A DNA stretch of 37,064 nt from a virus. Taxonomy: Duplodnaviria > Caudoviricetes. Below, piece after piece: positions 7,053-17,438 of this stretch. Every line of letters starts with the position of its first letter. Within the stretch, counting starts at the first letter, position 1. Position numbers and translations under genes: made by a program. Below the pieces are notes generated by a model. That model made no database searches. It had not been told where the DNA came from and saw only the letters and a list, made by a program, of their open reading frames with translations. Where the stretch lies: positions 1 through 37,064 of IMG/VR virus record IMGVR_UViG_3300031452_000012. One strand, written 5' to 3'.

Positions 7053-7544
7053 TCATCGCCCGGTGTTGTCGAGCAGCTTCAGTTTGTGTTCCGCGACCCG
7101 CAGGCGTTCCCGCTCGGCGACCAAATTTTCTTCCAGCGCGGCGATCTGGGCGATGTGGATGATCTCCTTCGTCTCGTACTCCTCTTTTCTGACCTGCAGG
7201 GTCGCGATCTGGCGTTTGAGGTCGATGATCTCCGCGTTCAGCCGCATCTTGTCCTCGTGCAGCGTTTCGATCTTGCCGGCGTGGAGGTCGACCTTGTCTT
7301 CCAGCTTGCCCACCCGCTCCCAGAGCATCTTGTTTGCGCTCTGCTCGGTGTTGCGGGTCTCGATCTTCTGCTTGGCGTTTTGGGGGCCGCGTCCGAACAG
7401 CCACGCGAGCAGCGGCACGAGCGCGAGTTTCAGCCCGTCATTAAGATCAAAACTGGTTGGCAAACTACTTTCCCTCGCCACTTCTAGCCCCGCCGTTATT
7501 TCCAGCCCTGTCGTTATTTCCAGCCCTGCCGTTTTGCTGCTCAT
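7053..7544 (-). CDS. Membrane-anchored coiled-coil protein (possible lysis accessory)
   Basis: Hydrophobic LALVPLLAWLF then long heptad coiled coil; start at MSSKTAG after AAGGGG; longer track ORF overlaps the 7564 gene. Confidence 0.7.
   Translation of the reverse strand: MSSKTAGLEITTGLEITAGLEVARESSLPTSFDLNDGLKLALVPLLAWLFGRGPQNAKQKIETRNTEQSANKMLWERVGKLEDKVDLHAGKIETLHEDKMRLNAEIIDLKRQIATLQVRKEEYETKEIIHIAQIAALEENLVAERERLRVAEHKLKLLDNTGR
7482..7533. repeat. Imperfect in-frame repeat 18 bp x~3 (TAGLEI)
   Basis: TTCCAGCCCTGYCGTTAT variants. Confidence 0.85.
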
Positions 7545-7563
7545 CGGACTACCCCTTTGCCCT

Positions 7564-8256
7564 TTAGTGGACGGAAAGCAGGATGGCCGGGACGCCGCCC
7601 GCAAGCTCGCCCGTGGCGGTGAGGGTGGGGGGCGGGACGGGAGCGCTTGCGCCGGCTTCGCCGCTCGGGCTGCCTTCGGTGCCGCCGTAGACGGCTGTGA
7701 TAATCCCGTAAACGGTGCCGTAGCCGTAGGCCGGAAACGTATGGCTGAGGACGCTGCCCGGTACATTGAGCGCCAACGCTTCCGCGCCGGACGCGCCTCC
7801 CAGCTTGATGTTGTAGCTATCCGGCTGTCCCTGTGCCGGTTGCTGCCAGGACGCGCTGAGGCTCGGCGAGCCGCCAGCGCTAGGGGTAAAAAAAGCGAGG
7901 ACGAAGTTCTGGGGGGACGCGCTGGTAGAAACAATTGGCGCGGGGGCAACTCCAAGTGGGCCGACCGCATACGTGCCGACGGGGCCACTGGCAAGGGTTT
8001 GGCCGCCGTTAGAAAAATACATAGAGTCTGAAATACTAACTCCGCTGTCACTCGAAGCGGAGTCGTTGGTATCACAAACCCAAACCAAGTCCGTCCGGTC
8101 CCATCGCCAGTATGGCTTTAGTGTCGCCGTGTTCTGGTAAAGCGGATTGCCGCTGCCATCTGTCCCCACTGGTCCCCATTTTTGATTTGAGGCGGACGGA
8201 CTGCCGGCAGTATTGGTGTAGATGTATTGTGGCAAAGTCATAATCAGTAACTCCAT
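7564..8256 (-). CDS. Tail-associated protein with FN3-like domain (start may be 8241)
   Basis: SPQNF..SASWQQP..DSYNI..YGIITAVYGGTEGSPS FN3 pattern; follows tail tip gene. Confidence 0.65.
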   Translation of the reverse strand: MELLIMTLPQYIYTNTAGSPSASNQKWGPVGTDGSGNPLYQNTATLKPYWRWDRTDLVWVCDTNDSASSDSGVSISDSMYFSNGGQTLASGPVGTYAVGPLGVAPAPIVSTSASPQNFVLAFFTPSAGGSPSLSASWQQPAQGQPDSYNIKLGGASGAEALALNVPGSVLSHTFPAYGYGTVYGIITAVYGGTEGSPSGEAGASAPVPPPTLTATGELAGGVPAILLSVH

Positions 8257-11177
8257 ACCGCTTCCACCGCGAGGTCCGCCGCGCTCGTTCCCGCCGCCGT
8301 CACCGACAGGTCAATCTGATCCCCCGGTGCAAGGGCCAGCGGGGTCGTGATCGTGTCCATGTTCAATGCCTTCTGGTTCGCCGGGATCGTAACGACTTCG
8401 CCCGTGGCTGAGGAGCCGAACCCCGCCGTGCTTCCCGGCGCGCCCGTCCCCGCGCTCTTGACGAGCTGCACCTGCGTCTGGGCCGTCCCCGCCGCCGTCA
8501 GGCTGAGGCGGTACCCGGTCAGCGTCAGATTGACGCCGGGCGGGCAGGTAAAGGGCGTCCCGGACCGCCCCGTCGCGACCGCGCCGGGGCGCGCGAACAG
8601 GACCGCCGAGGGCCTGCCGCTGGTGGGGGCTACCCCTGCCGCGATGTCCGCCTCCATCGCGTCGAGCCGGGTCTCCAGCGTCGTGCCCGACACGCCCTTG
8701 ACGGTCCGCGTCCGGGCCGCCACGACCTCGCCCGTCGTCCCCGTCCACCCGGACTGGCTTGCCTGCGAGGCGTGGGGCGCGCCGGTGTAGGCGTCGTGCA
8801 GGGTCGGGTCGGTCGGGGACGCCTGAAGGCTGGAACGGAAAACAGGCGAGGTCGCCGTGCCGCCGCCGGCTGCCCCCGAATAGCCCCCGCCCCCGCCGCC
8901 ACCGCTCTGCCCCGGCCCCAGACGGTTGATCGCCGCCTGCACGAGTTTCTTGATGACGAGGCTCACGTCCGGCTGCTCGGCCTCGTCCTCCAGCCAGGTT
9001 TTGAGAAGCCCGTCGTAGGTATCCTGGACCCGCGCAATCGGCAGGGCCGTGGGCGACAATGTCGGCCCGTCCGCCCCGATCAGGTTCACCGTCTCGCCCG
9101 GCCAGTACAGGCGACTGTCGTTGACGAGCGTGACCGAGGGCCGGTACAGGGGCAGGCCCTGGGCGGTGAACGTGCCGTTTGCGACCGCCATCGCGTCTTC
9201 GAGGCGCAGGACCGAGGGGTCGGAGAACACGCCGCAGCGCGGGCCGTAGAGCGCTTCGCTGGCGGCATAAGGCGCGGCCCCCGCGTATCCGTTCGCGGGC
9301 CTCCAGGTGTTGTTCAGGTACGGGTCGCCGGCCTTGATGAAATAGACGAGTGGCCCGTCGGGCAGGTAGGGGGCGAGCGGGACGGTTGCCCCATTGGCGG
9401 CTGCCATCGCCGGGGCCTGGGCGTCCCGCACGGACTGTGCATCCACCAGCAGCGACCCAGGCGAGCGCCAGGTGAGGTTCGCGTCGCCCGCCGTCTCGCC
9501 GGCGAGCGCGTAGGCCACCAGCTCGAAGTACGTCCACTGGGCGAGGAAACCCGGAGTGAACGTCGCGCGGGGCGGCGTCCGCGTGATGTGGCCCGAGCTG
9601 TCGTAGAAGTTCATTTCGAGGAAGAACTTCGGCGGATTGGGATTAAGCGAGGCCGGCGGCGACTTGACCCACACGCCGTACCGGAGCGCCTGCGCCCCCT
9701 GCACCTTGTAGCGGTTCCCGGCCGGCGGCTGGAGCTTCAGGTCGTGGCCGTCGCTGTCGGTCCCCGTGGCGTCGAGGTAGACCGAGTAGCCGCCCTCGAA
9801 CACCGAGTCCTGGTAGACCCAGTTGACGGCGTTCACGCGCGTCTGGGCGGTGTCGATGGCGTTGACGTACCAGCCGTCCTGGTAGACCACCGAGACGTCG
9901 TAGAGCTGCACGTCGTCGATCAGCAGCCCGCCGCTGTAGCCGTTATTTGCGGCCACCCGCGAGGCGTCGAGAGTGTCGCAGGCAATCGTGACGCTGAAGC
10001 CCGTCGCGCCGGCGGGCGCGATGAACGTGCCTGAAAAAAAGTCGTAGCCCTGGCCGCTCGGCGTGAGAGCCACCGCCTGGGTTAGCAGCACTGCGCCGCC
10101 GCCGGTGATCTGCAAGGCGGCGTGGCCGGTCGCGACCTGTTGGTCAATTTCTTTCGCCGCCCGGACCGAGAAAACGTAGTTGTGGCCGGCCACGAACGTC
10201 GCGGCGCTCGCCTGCGTGGCGCTCTGGCCCGTGCCTTCCAGCCCGAGGCAGCGCGTACCGCTGTAGGGCGTCGCCTCCTTAGGCGGGAAGCTGAAGGTCG
10301 TGAAGCTCTGCGCCCCGCCGTTCATGGTCCACGAACTGACGTGGTGGTCGTCCGTCGCGGTCTCGAAGCCGCCGTTGACGACGAGGTTGCCCGCGCCGTC
10401 GGCCTGCTGCACGGGCAGCTCGTAGCCGCCGTTGTGGAGCAGGTTCGGGTACGTCGGCATCCCGCCGGTGACGAAGAGCTGGTTGACGATGTCCGCCGTC
10501 TGCTGCTCGCCCGAGGCGGTCTCGACGTACCGGGCCGGCACGGGGATGGCGTGGGTCGGGGGCGAGGCCGGGGACAGCGGGCGCAGGTACAGGCGGTTGC
10601 CCCCGGCGGCATCCACGTCCACGCCCCAGACGGCGAGGTTCCCCGTTTCCTTGATCAGCGCGTCCAGCACGTCGCCGGCGAGCTTCCGCCGGGCATCGAG
10701 GGAGTTGATCGTCTGGCCGACGGGCAGGATCTGCGTGGACTGGATCAGCGGGAAGCCGTTCGGGCCGGTCGCCTTCAGGAGCGCGTCGTGGGCCATCTGC
10801 GCGAATGCCTGGGACACGTCCACGCCGCCCGAGGGGAACGCGTAGGCCTTATTGCAGCTTTGTTTCTTGAGCAGGGCCGCCGCGCCGTAGGTCTGGATGA
10901 CGACCTTGCGCGGCTCCTCGCCCGACGGCTGGATGGCCGAGACGTACCCCCGGTAGCGGCGGACGCCCGCGTACCACGTTTCCACGCGGTCGCCGGGCAG
11001 AACGGTCAGCGCCCCCGCCTGATGGTAGGGGATCGCAGTGGTCACGGTCCCCTGCCCGTAGCCGCCGAAGCGGTCAATGGTCGTCGTGACGGTCTCGACC
11101 TGGACGCGCGGCAGCCGGCGACGACGGGTGCCGTCGGCGCTCGTGATGTAGATCTTCAGGCCTGCTGGGAGGGGCAT
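8244..11177 (-). CDS. Tail tip/hub protein with carbohydrate-binding-like modules
   Basis: Follows Dit; TADIVNQLFVTGG hub-like segment; NLLHNGGYE and NLVVNGGFE starts typical of CBM4/9-like domains. Confidence 0.8.
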   Translation of the reverse strand: MPLPAGLKIYITSADGTRRRRLPRVQVETVTTTIDRFGGYGQGTVTTAIPYHQAGALTVLPGDRVETWYAGVRRYRGYVSAIQPSGEEPRKVVIQTYGAAALLKKQSCNKAYAFPSGGVDVSQAFAQMAHDALLKATGPNGFPLIQSTQILPVGQTINSLDARRKLAGDVLDALIKETGNLAVWGVDVDAAGGNRLYLRPLSPASPPTHAIPVPARYVETASGEQQTADIVNQLFVTGGMPTYPNLLHNGGYELPVQQADGAGNLVVNGGFETATDDHHVSSWTMNGGAQSFTTFSFPPKEATPYSGTRCLGLEGTGQSATQASAATFVAGHNYVFSVRAAKEIDQQVATGHAALQITGGGAVLLTQAVALTPSGQGYDFFSGTFIAPAGATGFSVTIACDTLDASRVAANNGYSGGLLIDDVQLYDVSVVYQDGWYVNAIDTAQTRVNAVNWVYQDSVFEGGYSVYLDATGTDSDGHDLKLQPPAGNRYKVQGAQALRYGVWVKSPPASLNPNPPKFFLEMNFYDSSGHITRTPPRATFTPGFLAQWTYFELVAYALAGETAGDANLTWRSPGSLLVDAQSVRDAQAPAMAAANGATVPLAPYLPDGPLVYFIKAGDPYLNNTWRPANGYAGAAPYAASEALYGPRCGVFSDPSVLRLEDAMAVANGTFTAQGLPLYRPSVTLVNDSRLYWPGETVNLIGADGPTLSPTALPIARVQDTYDGLLKTWLEDEAEQPDVSLVIKKLVQAAINRLGPGQSGGGGGGGYSGAAGGGTATSPVFRSSLQASPTDPTLHDAYTGAPHASQASQSGWTGTTGEVVAARTRTVKGVSGTTLETRLDAMEADIAAGVAPTSGRPSAVLFARPGAVATGRSGTPFTCPPGVNLTLTGYRLSLTAAGTAQTQVQLVKSAGTGAPGSTAGFGSSATGEVVTIPANQKALNMDTITTPLALAPGDQIDLSVTAAGTSAADLAVEAVWSY

Positions 11178-11196
11178 GGATTAAATCCGATTCATC

Positions 11197-11955
11197 CTAA
11201 ACCCACCGATCCTGCCAGGTGACGCTCTGGCCGGACAAGGCCACGCCGCCGGCCAGCGTCAACGTGATCTGGTTCGCGCCGGCGATCAGCGCGAGGAAAT
11301 CGCCCGTCATGTACGCCGTCTGGTCGCCCCCGGCCTGGTCCACGATGCGTTCCTGGAGGCAGTCAACCGTGTACGTCCCGGCTGCCGGCGGCGCAAACGT
11401 CAGGGCGACGTCCTGCGCGTTCGCGATTGTGATCAGGCTCCCCGTTGGCGCGGCGCTGACGACCAGCGTGAAGATCGGCAGGCTCTTGGCCATGCCCCCA
11501 GGCGTGACCGCGGTGGCCGCGTTCTGCGCGAGCGCCATCGTCGTCGAGGCGACCGCGTACCAGAACGGGTCGTAGGCCAGGAACGACAGCTCGACCGCGT
11601 ACAGCAGGCCGTCCAGCTTCAGCGATAGCCGCTCCACCTGGGCGTTGAGGTAGCGGTCACTGTCCAGCATCAGGGGGGCGGGCGGGCCGGGCTGGTGCGC
11701 GGCCTTGAAGGCGTCCGCCGCCGCCCGGAGCGAGGCGATGTCCTGCGCGGGGATGCCCTGGGCGTTGACCGCGCCGACCAGCTCGCCGGTGCCGCTGACG
11801 CGCCGGGGGTCGTGCAGGCTCGCGTCGCTGAACGCGCCGTCGCGGTTCGCGGCTTTGGTCATCCGGTGCCGGTATCCCAGCTCCTCGGTCAGCTCGTACA
11901 GCGTGTCGCCGTAGGCATAGCCGTTATAGGTTTTGACCAGGTAGGTGACTGCCAT
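11197..11955 (-). CDS. Distal tail protein (Dit-like)
   Basis: After tape measure; LSFLAYDPFWY, GDFLALIAGANQITL, WQDRW motifs. Confidence 0.8.
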   Translation of the reverse strand: MAVTYLVKTYNGYAYGDTLYELTEELGYRHRMTKAANRDGAFSDASLHDPRRVSGTGELVGAVNAQGIPAQDIASLRAAADAFKAAHQPGPPAPLMLDSDRYLNAQVERLSLKLDGLLYAVELSFLAYDPFWYAVASTTMALAQNAATAVTPGGMAKSLPIFTLVVSAAPTGSLITIANAQDVALTFAPPAAGTYTVDCLQERIVDQAGGDQTAYMTGDFLALIAGANQITLTLAGGVALSGQSVTWQDRWV

Positions 11956-11961
11956 AGTGGA

Positions 11962-14900
11962 TTAAGCCGGGATGCCTGAGCGCAGGGCGTCTTCCAGCGA
12001 TTTTGCCATGCGGCGATTCTGCTTTTCGGCGTCCTCCCGGTAGTGGAAGTGGTTATCGCCCCAGTTGTGGATTTCTGCCGAGACGCTTCCACTGGTCTGG
12101 CCGGTCCTTGCGGTCGTCGTCCCCTGCGGAGACACGCCGGCCTGCCCGGTGCCGGACATGCCGGACAGAGACGGCATCCGGGCCTGCGGCACTGCCGCCT
12201 GCATCAGCATCCTGGAGACGCTTTTCGGCAGGACCATCTCGCCGGGCGTCAGCAGGGCCGGCACGGTGTCATGGCTGCCGTGGCCGGGCACGATGCCTCC
12301 CTGGGCAAAGAGATGAAGATGCTTGAACAGCTTGCCGAGCGGGTTCCTGAAGAGGGAATTGAGAAGCAACCCGCCGCCGAGGAACGGCAGCAGCGGCCCA
12401 AGAGCGCCGAGCGCCCCGCCGCCGCCCATCAGCCCGCCGCCGCCCATCAGCCCGCCATGCGCGAACATCCCGGCCAGCCCCCCGTGCCCGAGTATGCCGC
12501 CGAGCAGCCCGCCCTTGCCGCCCAGCATCCCCAGGAGGCCGAGCGGCGAGCCGCCCGCCCCGCCGCCGACAGGACCGTTGATGCCCTGAAGGGCCGGCAG
12601 GGCCGAGCCGAACAGGCCGCCCATATTGCCGCCGAGCATGCTGCCCATTCCGCCGAGGCCCGGCACCATGGACATGGCCGCCCCCATGCCGGCCCCGGTG
12701 CCCGTGCCCGCCATCGCCGAGGCCGGATCTGCTCCCACTGCCCGGCTTTTCTTGCCGCCGCTGAACAGGCCGCCGAAGAGGCCTCCCAGGCCGCCGAAGA
12801 GGCCTCCCAGGCCGGTGCCGGTGCCTTGCCCGGTCATCAGGTTCTTCAGGATGGCGGACAGGCCGCCCTTCAGCCCGCCCTCAGCGCTGCCGAGCAGATC
12901 GTCCCACAACCCCTTGAAGATGCTTTTCTTGTCTTTCGGGTGGAAGAGCGCGTCGAGGACCTTGCTACCGCTGTCGCTTGCGCTGCTGACCAGGCCGCCC
13001 CAGAAATCGTCGCCGCCGACCATTTGCCGGTTGCTTTTGTTTTGAGCGCCGTCGGCTGCCTGCTCAATCTCCTTATGTACCGCCGAGGTAGCCGGAACGC
13101 TTGCAGCCAAAGTGTCCAGCATCTTCTTGTATTCTTTTAAGTTGATCTGGTTATGCCGGAACATCTCATTTGTCGCGTCAAGCTGCTTGCGCTGCATCTC
13201 CTGGTCACTGCTGTAAATCTGGTTATCGAGAGCCAGCCATTCGGACGAGTATTGCTGAAACGCATCCCGCCGCTTGGTGAGGTAAGCCACGTAGCTTGCC
13301 AGCGTGATCTTGCCCTGCTCCAGGTCGTGCTGCTGCCGCGCGTCCGAGGCGGCGTTGGCGGCGTCCGTCTCCTGCTGCTTGATCTCCCGATACTTCGCGC
13401 CGTGGGCCAACTGCGCGGCATCCACGGCGGGGGCGTTGGGTTTCGCAGACTGCGGGCCGTACTTCTGCCGGGCGTCGGCCAGGGCGTCGTCCGCCTCGGA
13501 CCGCAGGCTGGCAAAGTAAGCCTTCATGTCACCGCCCGCGTGCTGCCACACGTCGCGGTTCAGCGCCGCCGTATCCGCCGCCGCCTGCCTAATGAAGCCG
13601 TTGACCTCGCCGTTGTCCCGCTCGGCGTCGTCGGCCTTCTTGACCTCCCGCGCCTTCTTGATGCCGTCCAGCGTCAGGTCACGCTCCCGCGCGGCGGCGT
13701 CCACGTCGGCCTGCTGCTGGGCGGAATACGGGCCGAGGCCCGGCTCGGCTGTCTGGACGCGGGCACCGTACTTTTTGTGCGCCGCCGCCTCCCTGTTGTC
13801 TAGAGCGATGTTCTCGGGGTCTGCCGTCATGGCCGTGATCGCGTCCCGCATTTCCGTCCGGCTCTCGGCGGCGCGGCGGGTCTGCCCGGCCATCCGCGCG
13901 ATCACGGCCCGGCTCGGGGCCATCAGTGCCGCCAGTCGCTTCAGGTGGGCCTCCCACTGGCGCTCCTTGGCGTCGTGGTGGGCCTTCAGCCGCTCGCGGT
14001 CCTGAGCCTGTTCCTGGGCTTCGTCGGCGGCGATCCGCTTCAGCTCTCCCCGGTACACGGCCTGCGCCTGTTTCAGATTCACCAGCTTGTCTTGATTAAA
14101 GTCCTGCTTGGCCTGGACGCGCTCGGCGGCGTACTTGCCCTGCGTGGCCTCGACGTATTCCCGGTTCAGGTGGGTGTAGTCGGCGGCGCTGTTTGGGTCG
14201 GCGGGCGACGGGACGCGGGCCGTGAAGGGGTTTGTGCCGGCCCCGGACGCGGCGGACGGACGCGGGCCGTTCCGCAGCAGCGAGTCCGGGACGGTGTAGG
14301 CCGTCGCATGGGCCTGGTCGTAAAAGCCCATCTCGCGGACGTGGCCCGGCCCGTCGCCGCTGCTCTGCACGATGCGGTTGTTGCCCTCGTACATGGCGAT
14401 GTGGTAGCCGCTGCCGCTCTTGCCGTAGCGCGCCCCGTGGTAGACGATCATGTCGCCGGCCTTGGCCTGGCCGGCAGGCTTGCCGACGGCCCCGGCCTTC
14501 ACCATCTCGTCGCGCAGGGCTTTGGCCCCGCCCGTCTTCGGGATGTTGACCCCGGACGCCCGCATGAACTCCGAGGCGAAGTAGGCGCACGACGCCTGGC
14601 CCTCGGGCGTCCTGATGGACCGCGCCAGCCCGGACGCGAGCTGCCGACCGAGGGACTCGCCGGCTTTTGTCCCGGACGGCCCCGCGCCGCCGCTGATGTC
14701 CTGGCGGCGGGCCACTTCCTTCTTGTAGTCCGCGTCGAGGGCGTTGATGCGGTCTTCCAGTTTGTAGACTTCCAGCGCGGCCCCGCGCCCATTAGGGTGC
14801 TTGGCCCACTCCGACACGTCCTGTGTGCCGAACAGGTTGCCCCGCTGCTGCTTCTTCGCGGCCAGATCTTCGGCGTCCGCGTTGCGCTCCGAGCGGTTCT

Positions 14901-16938
14901 GATAGATCAGGGCAGTGAGCCGGACGACTTCTTTCGGTGAGGCAGCCATGCCGGCATAGCCCGCTTCGACTTTCGCGCCTCCGACTTTGGCTTTGCCGTA
15001 GTTCGCCTGGGCGTCCGCCGCCATGTCCCACAGTCCGACAATCTGCTTGATGTCGTAAATCGCGCCCGCGATGGCGAGGCCCCAGAGGCCCGCTTTCCCC
15101 AGCATTCCAGCCCCGGCTGTGGCAAAGGTCGTCTCAGCAGCAGTCGCGCCGGTGAGTCCGCCGGTGACTTCGGCGAGCGTCGCGCCGGCTTGGAGGGCTT
15201 TCAAGGCTCCCAGGCCTCGGCACAGAGCGCCCACGATGGTAAACGCCGAGCCGATGCCGGTCACAAGTGGTCCGGCGGCAAGGGTCATGGCGATGAACGC
15301 CAGCGCGCCGTTCTGGACCGGCCTCGGCAGGCTGGTGAACTCGTCAATCGCGTGGGTAACATAGCCGAGCAGCGTTTCGATGTCCGGCAGGAGGCGCTGG
15401 ATACTGGGCATCAAATCAGTGCCGAGCTTCGCGGCAGTCTTATCAATGCTATTCTGTAGTTCCTGCATCCTGGCTTTTGTATTGTCCGTGGCGCGCGCGT
15501 ACCGTTCGCCCGTGGCCGTGTTGTCCCGGTAGGCCTTGTCCACGCGGCCCAGCGCGCTTGACAGGTCGGACCCCGCACCCGAGGCCCGCAGCAGGGCGTC
15601 GATCTGGAGCTTGCTCTTCAGCCCGAGCGCATCCATGACGGGCACGAGGTCCACGCCACGGTCCCGCAGCTTGCCCAGGCCCTCGATGAAGGCTGCCAGC
15701 GCCCCCGCCGCGTTCGTCTTAAAGGCCGTCTTGAAACTGGCCGCCGACATCCCGGCCACGCCCGCGAAGTTTTCCAGCTTGCGCCCGCCCTCGTTCACGG
15801 CGCGGTCGATCTGGATGATCGAGGTCGAGATCGCCGAGCCGCCCTGCTGGGCGCGGACGCCCACGCCCGCGAAGGCGTTGGCGAAGGCGAGTATCTGCGG
15901 ACCCGACAGGCCCGCCGCGTGGCCGACGCCCCCGATCCTGAGCGCCATCGACAGGACCTCGTTCGACGTGGCCTTGCTGTCCTTGTCCAGCTCCGAGATG
16001 ACCGAGCCGAGCCGCCCGATGTTCTGGGCCGGCTCGCCGATGGCATTGGCGAACTTGACCATCTGCATCGCGCCCGACTCGGTCGTCAGCTTGGTGGCGA
16101 CGTGGAGCTGGATAATGTCTTTCGTGACATTGACAACTTGGTCGCGAGCAACGCCTAATTGTCCCACCGTGCTGGCGATGTCCGTGATGGCCTTGAAGCT
16201 TTCGGGAACCTTCGTAGACAGGTCTTCGAGGTCGGCCCGCAGCTTCTTTAGCTCTACGTCACTGCCGCCGACCGTTTTCGCGACGTTGGCGAAGTCGGCC
16301 TCATAGTCGATAGACTTCTTCAGCGCGTAGCCTGTGGCCTGAATGACCGGCTGGCTATACCCCTGCGTCATGGCTTGCCCGGCAGTCCGAAGGCCGAAGC
16401 CGACGTTACTCAGCATCGCGCCGCGCTGGAACAGTCGAATGTTCGCGGCCCGCGCTAGTGCCAGCGCGTTCGTCTCCCTGCGAACGACGCCGAGCTGCCG
16501 CGACACCTCGCCGAGCTGACCTGTTGCCGCGCCGCCTCCATACACGACTTCCGCAAGATTCACCCGCACACCGGCCAGGCTCCGAAGGTTACGGGCCGCG
16601 CCGCTTGCCGCCGTGCCGACTTCCCCGATCTCCGTCCTGGCAGCGAGCAGCCTGGTGAACATCCGCCTGCCGTCGAGCCGGGTTCTGCCCAGGTCAAGCA
16701 GGTTGGTCCGGGTTGCGCCGGCGGCGGAGTCCAGCGCCTTCAGGTCCTTCAGCGCCGCCATGACCCCGAGCGTGATGCCGCCAGGCTTGAATGTCAGGTT
16801 GCCGGCAGCTTTATTGGTCAGCGCGATCTGCTCCCGGATGCTTGCGAACTGCTCCTTGATGGTGAGGTTCAGCGCTCTGACTTCCGCCGCCGCGCTTTTG
16901 GTGTCGGCCAGAATGGTTAGTTTTACGGGAGGTGGCAT
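11962..16938 (-). CDS. Tape measure protein with embedded NlpC/P60/CHAP-like domain
   Basis: 1658 aa Ala/Gly-rich helical; TP901-like core; CAYFASEF..AGDMIVY..YHIAMYEG at ~14330-14600; C-terminal FAQGGIVPG..DTVPALLTPGEMV. Confidence 0.92.
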   Translation of the reverse strand: MPPPVKLTILADTKSAAAEVRALNLTIKEQFASIREQIALTNKAAGNLTFKPGGITLGVMAALKDLKALDSAAGATRTNLLDLGRTRLDGRRMFTRLLAARTEIGEVGTAASGAARNLRSLAGVRVNLAEVVYGGGAATGQLGEVSRQLGVVRRETNALALARAANIRLFQRGAMLSNVGFGLRTAGQAMTQGYSQPVIQATGYALKKSIDYEADFANVAKTVGGSDVELKKLRADLEDLSTKVPESFKAITDIASTVGQLGVARDQVVNVTKDIIQLHVATKLTTESGAMQMVKFANAIGEPAQNIGRLGSVISELDKDSKATSNEVLSMALRIGGVGHAAGLSGPQILAFANAFAGVGVRAQQGGSAISTSIIQIDRAVNEGGRKLENFAGVAGMSAASFKTAFKTNAAGALAAFIEGLGKLRDRGVDLVPVMDALGLKSKLQIDALLRASGAGSDLSSALGRVDKAYRDNTATGERYARATDNTKARMQELQNSIDKTAAKLGTDLMPSIQRLLPDIETLLGYVTHAIDEFTSLPRPVQNGALAFIAMTLAAGPLVTGIGSAFTIVGALCRGLGALKALQAGATLAEVTGGLTGATAAETTFATAGAGMLGKAGLWGLAIAGAIYDIKQIVGLWDMAADAQANYGKAKVGGAKVEAGYAGMAASPKEVVRLTALIYQNRSERNADAEDLAAKKQQRGNLFGTQDVSEWAKHPNGRGAALEVYKLEDRINALDADYKKEVARRQDISGGAGPSGTKAGESLGRQLASGLARSIRTPEGQASCAYFASEFMRASGVNIPKTGGAKALRDEMVKAGAVGKPAGQAKAGDMIVYHGARYGKSGSGYHIAMYEGNNRIVQSSGDGPGHVREMGFYDQAHATAYTVPDSLLRNGPRPSAASGAGTNPFTARVPSPADPNSAADYTHLNREYVEATQGKYAAERVQAKQDFNQDKLVNLKQAQAVYRGELKRIAADEAQEQAQDRERLKAHHDAKERQWEAHLKRLAALMAPSRAVIARMAGQTRRAAESRTEMRDAITAMTADPENIALDNREAAAHKKYGARVQTAEPGLGPYSAQQQADVDAAARERDLTLDGIKKAREVKKADDAERDNGEVNGFIRQAAADTAALNRDVWQHAGGDMKAYFASLRSEADDALADARQKYGPQSAKPNAPAVDAAQLAHGAKYREIKQQETDAANAASDARQQHDLEQGKITLASYVAYLTKRRDAFQQYSSEWLALDNQIYSSDQEMQRKQLDATNEMFRHNQINLKEYKKMLDTLAASVPATSAVHKEIEQAADGAQNKSNRQMVGGDDFWGGLVSSASDSGSKVLDALFHPKDKKSIFKGLWDDLLGSAEGGLKGGLSAILKNLMTGQGTGTGLGGLFGGLGGLFGGLFSGGKKSRAVGADPASAMAGTGTGAGMGAAMSMVPGLGGMGSMLGGNMGGLFGSALPALQGINGPVGGGAGGSPLGLLGMLGGKGGLLGGILGHGGLAGMFAHGGLMGGGGLMGGGGALGALGPLLPFLGGGLLLNSLFRNPLGKLFKHLHLFAQGGIVPGHGSHDTVPALLTPGEMVLPKSVSRMLMQAAVPQARMPSLSGMSGTGQAGVSPQGTTTARTGQTSGSVSAEIHNWGDNHFHYREDAEKQNRRMAKSLEDALRSGIPA

Positions 16939-16953
16939 AATTTTTAGGACGTG

Positions 16954-16983
16954 AAAAAAGACCCTGCCATAATCGGCGGGTCT
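16954..16983 (-). terminator. Intrinsic terminator between moron and tape measure gene
   Basis: Minus strand AGACCCGCC-GATTAT-GGCAGGGTCT-TTTTT. Confidence 0.65.
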
Positions 16984-17015
16984 GAGAACAAGGGAGCCTG
17001 CAATTCAACGAGTCT

Positions 17016-17438
17016 TTACTCTTGGTTTACACTAACGTTATCTGCGACAAAATCTTTACTGTCTGTGTGCATCTTGACGGTCCAGTCGGATCGAAGTAAA
17101 GCACCGAAGCCGTTCTGCGAATCGACATAACTCTTGACGATGTAGGTGCCAGGCAAAGTGATCGTTACGTAGCCACTGTTATAGATTGGGTACTTAGCGC
17201 TGCCGGGCGATTTTAAGCGCTGGTCCACAAAATGCTGCGCCGCAATATAAGCGTCTAGCTTCTCGCTGTCAACTTTGTCTGCTGCTTGTTGGGTTTGCTG
17301 GGCGGCTTGCTCTTTCACTACTCTATCGCTGCCTTTATACCAGCTATAAAGCGAAAAAATCAGAATAGCAACAATCAAAGCTATCCAGCCTTCTTGCGAT
17401 TTCTTTTCTGTTTTTGGTGTGGGTGCCATGCTAGCCAC
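17016..17438 (-). CDS. Low-GC moron: single-TM membrane-anchored protein
   Basis: WIALIVAILIFSLYSWY TM; LKSPGSAKYP..VDSQNGFGALLRS; visibly AT-richer than flanks. Confidence 0.8.
   Translation of the reverse strand: MASMAPTPKTEKKSQEGWIALIVAILIFSLYSWYKGSDRVVKEQAAQQTQQAADKVDSEKLDAYIAAQHFVDQRLKSPGSAKYPIYNSGYVTITLPGTYIVKSYVDSQNGFGALLRSDWTVKMHTDSKDFVADNVSVNQE

Noticed and set aside
7564-11177. Diversity-generating retroelement or invertible tail cassette
   Set aside because: No reverse transcriptase, TR/VR pair or invertase seen
12410-12815. Gly-rich 18- and 21-bp duplications in the tape measure gene
   Set aside because: Expected in low-complexity TMP tails; not counted among the arrays
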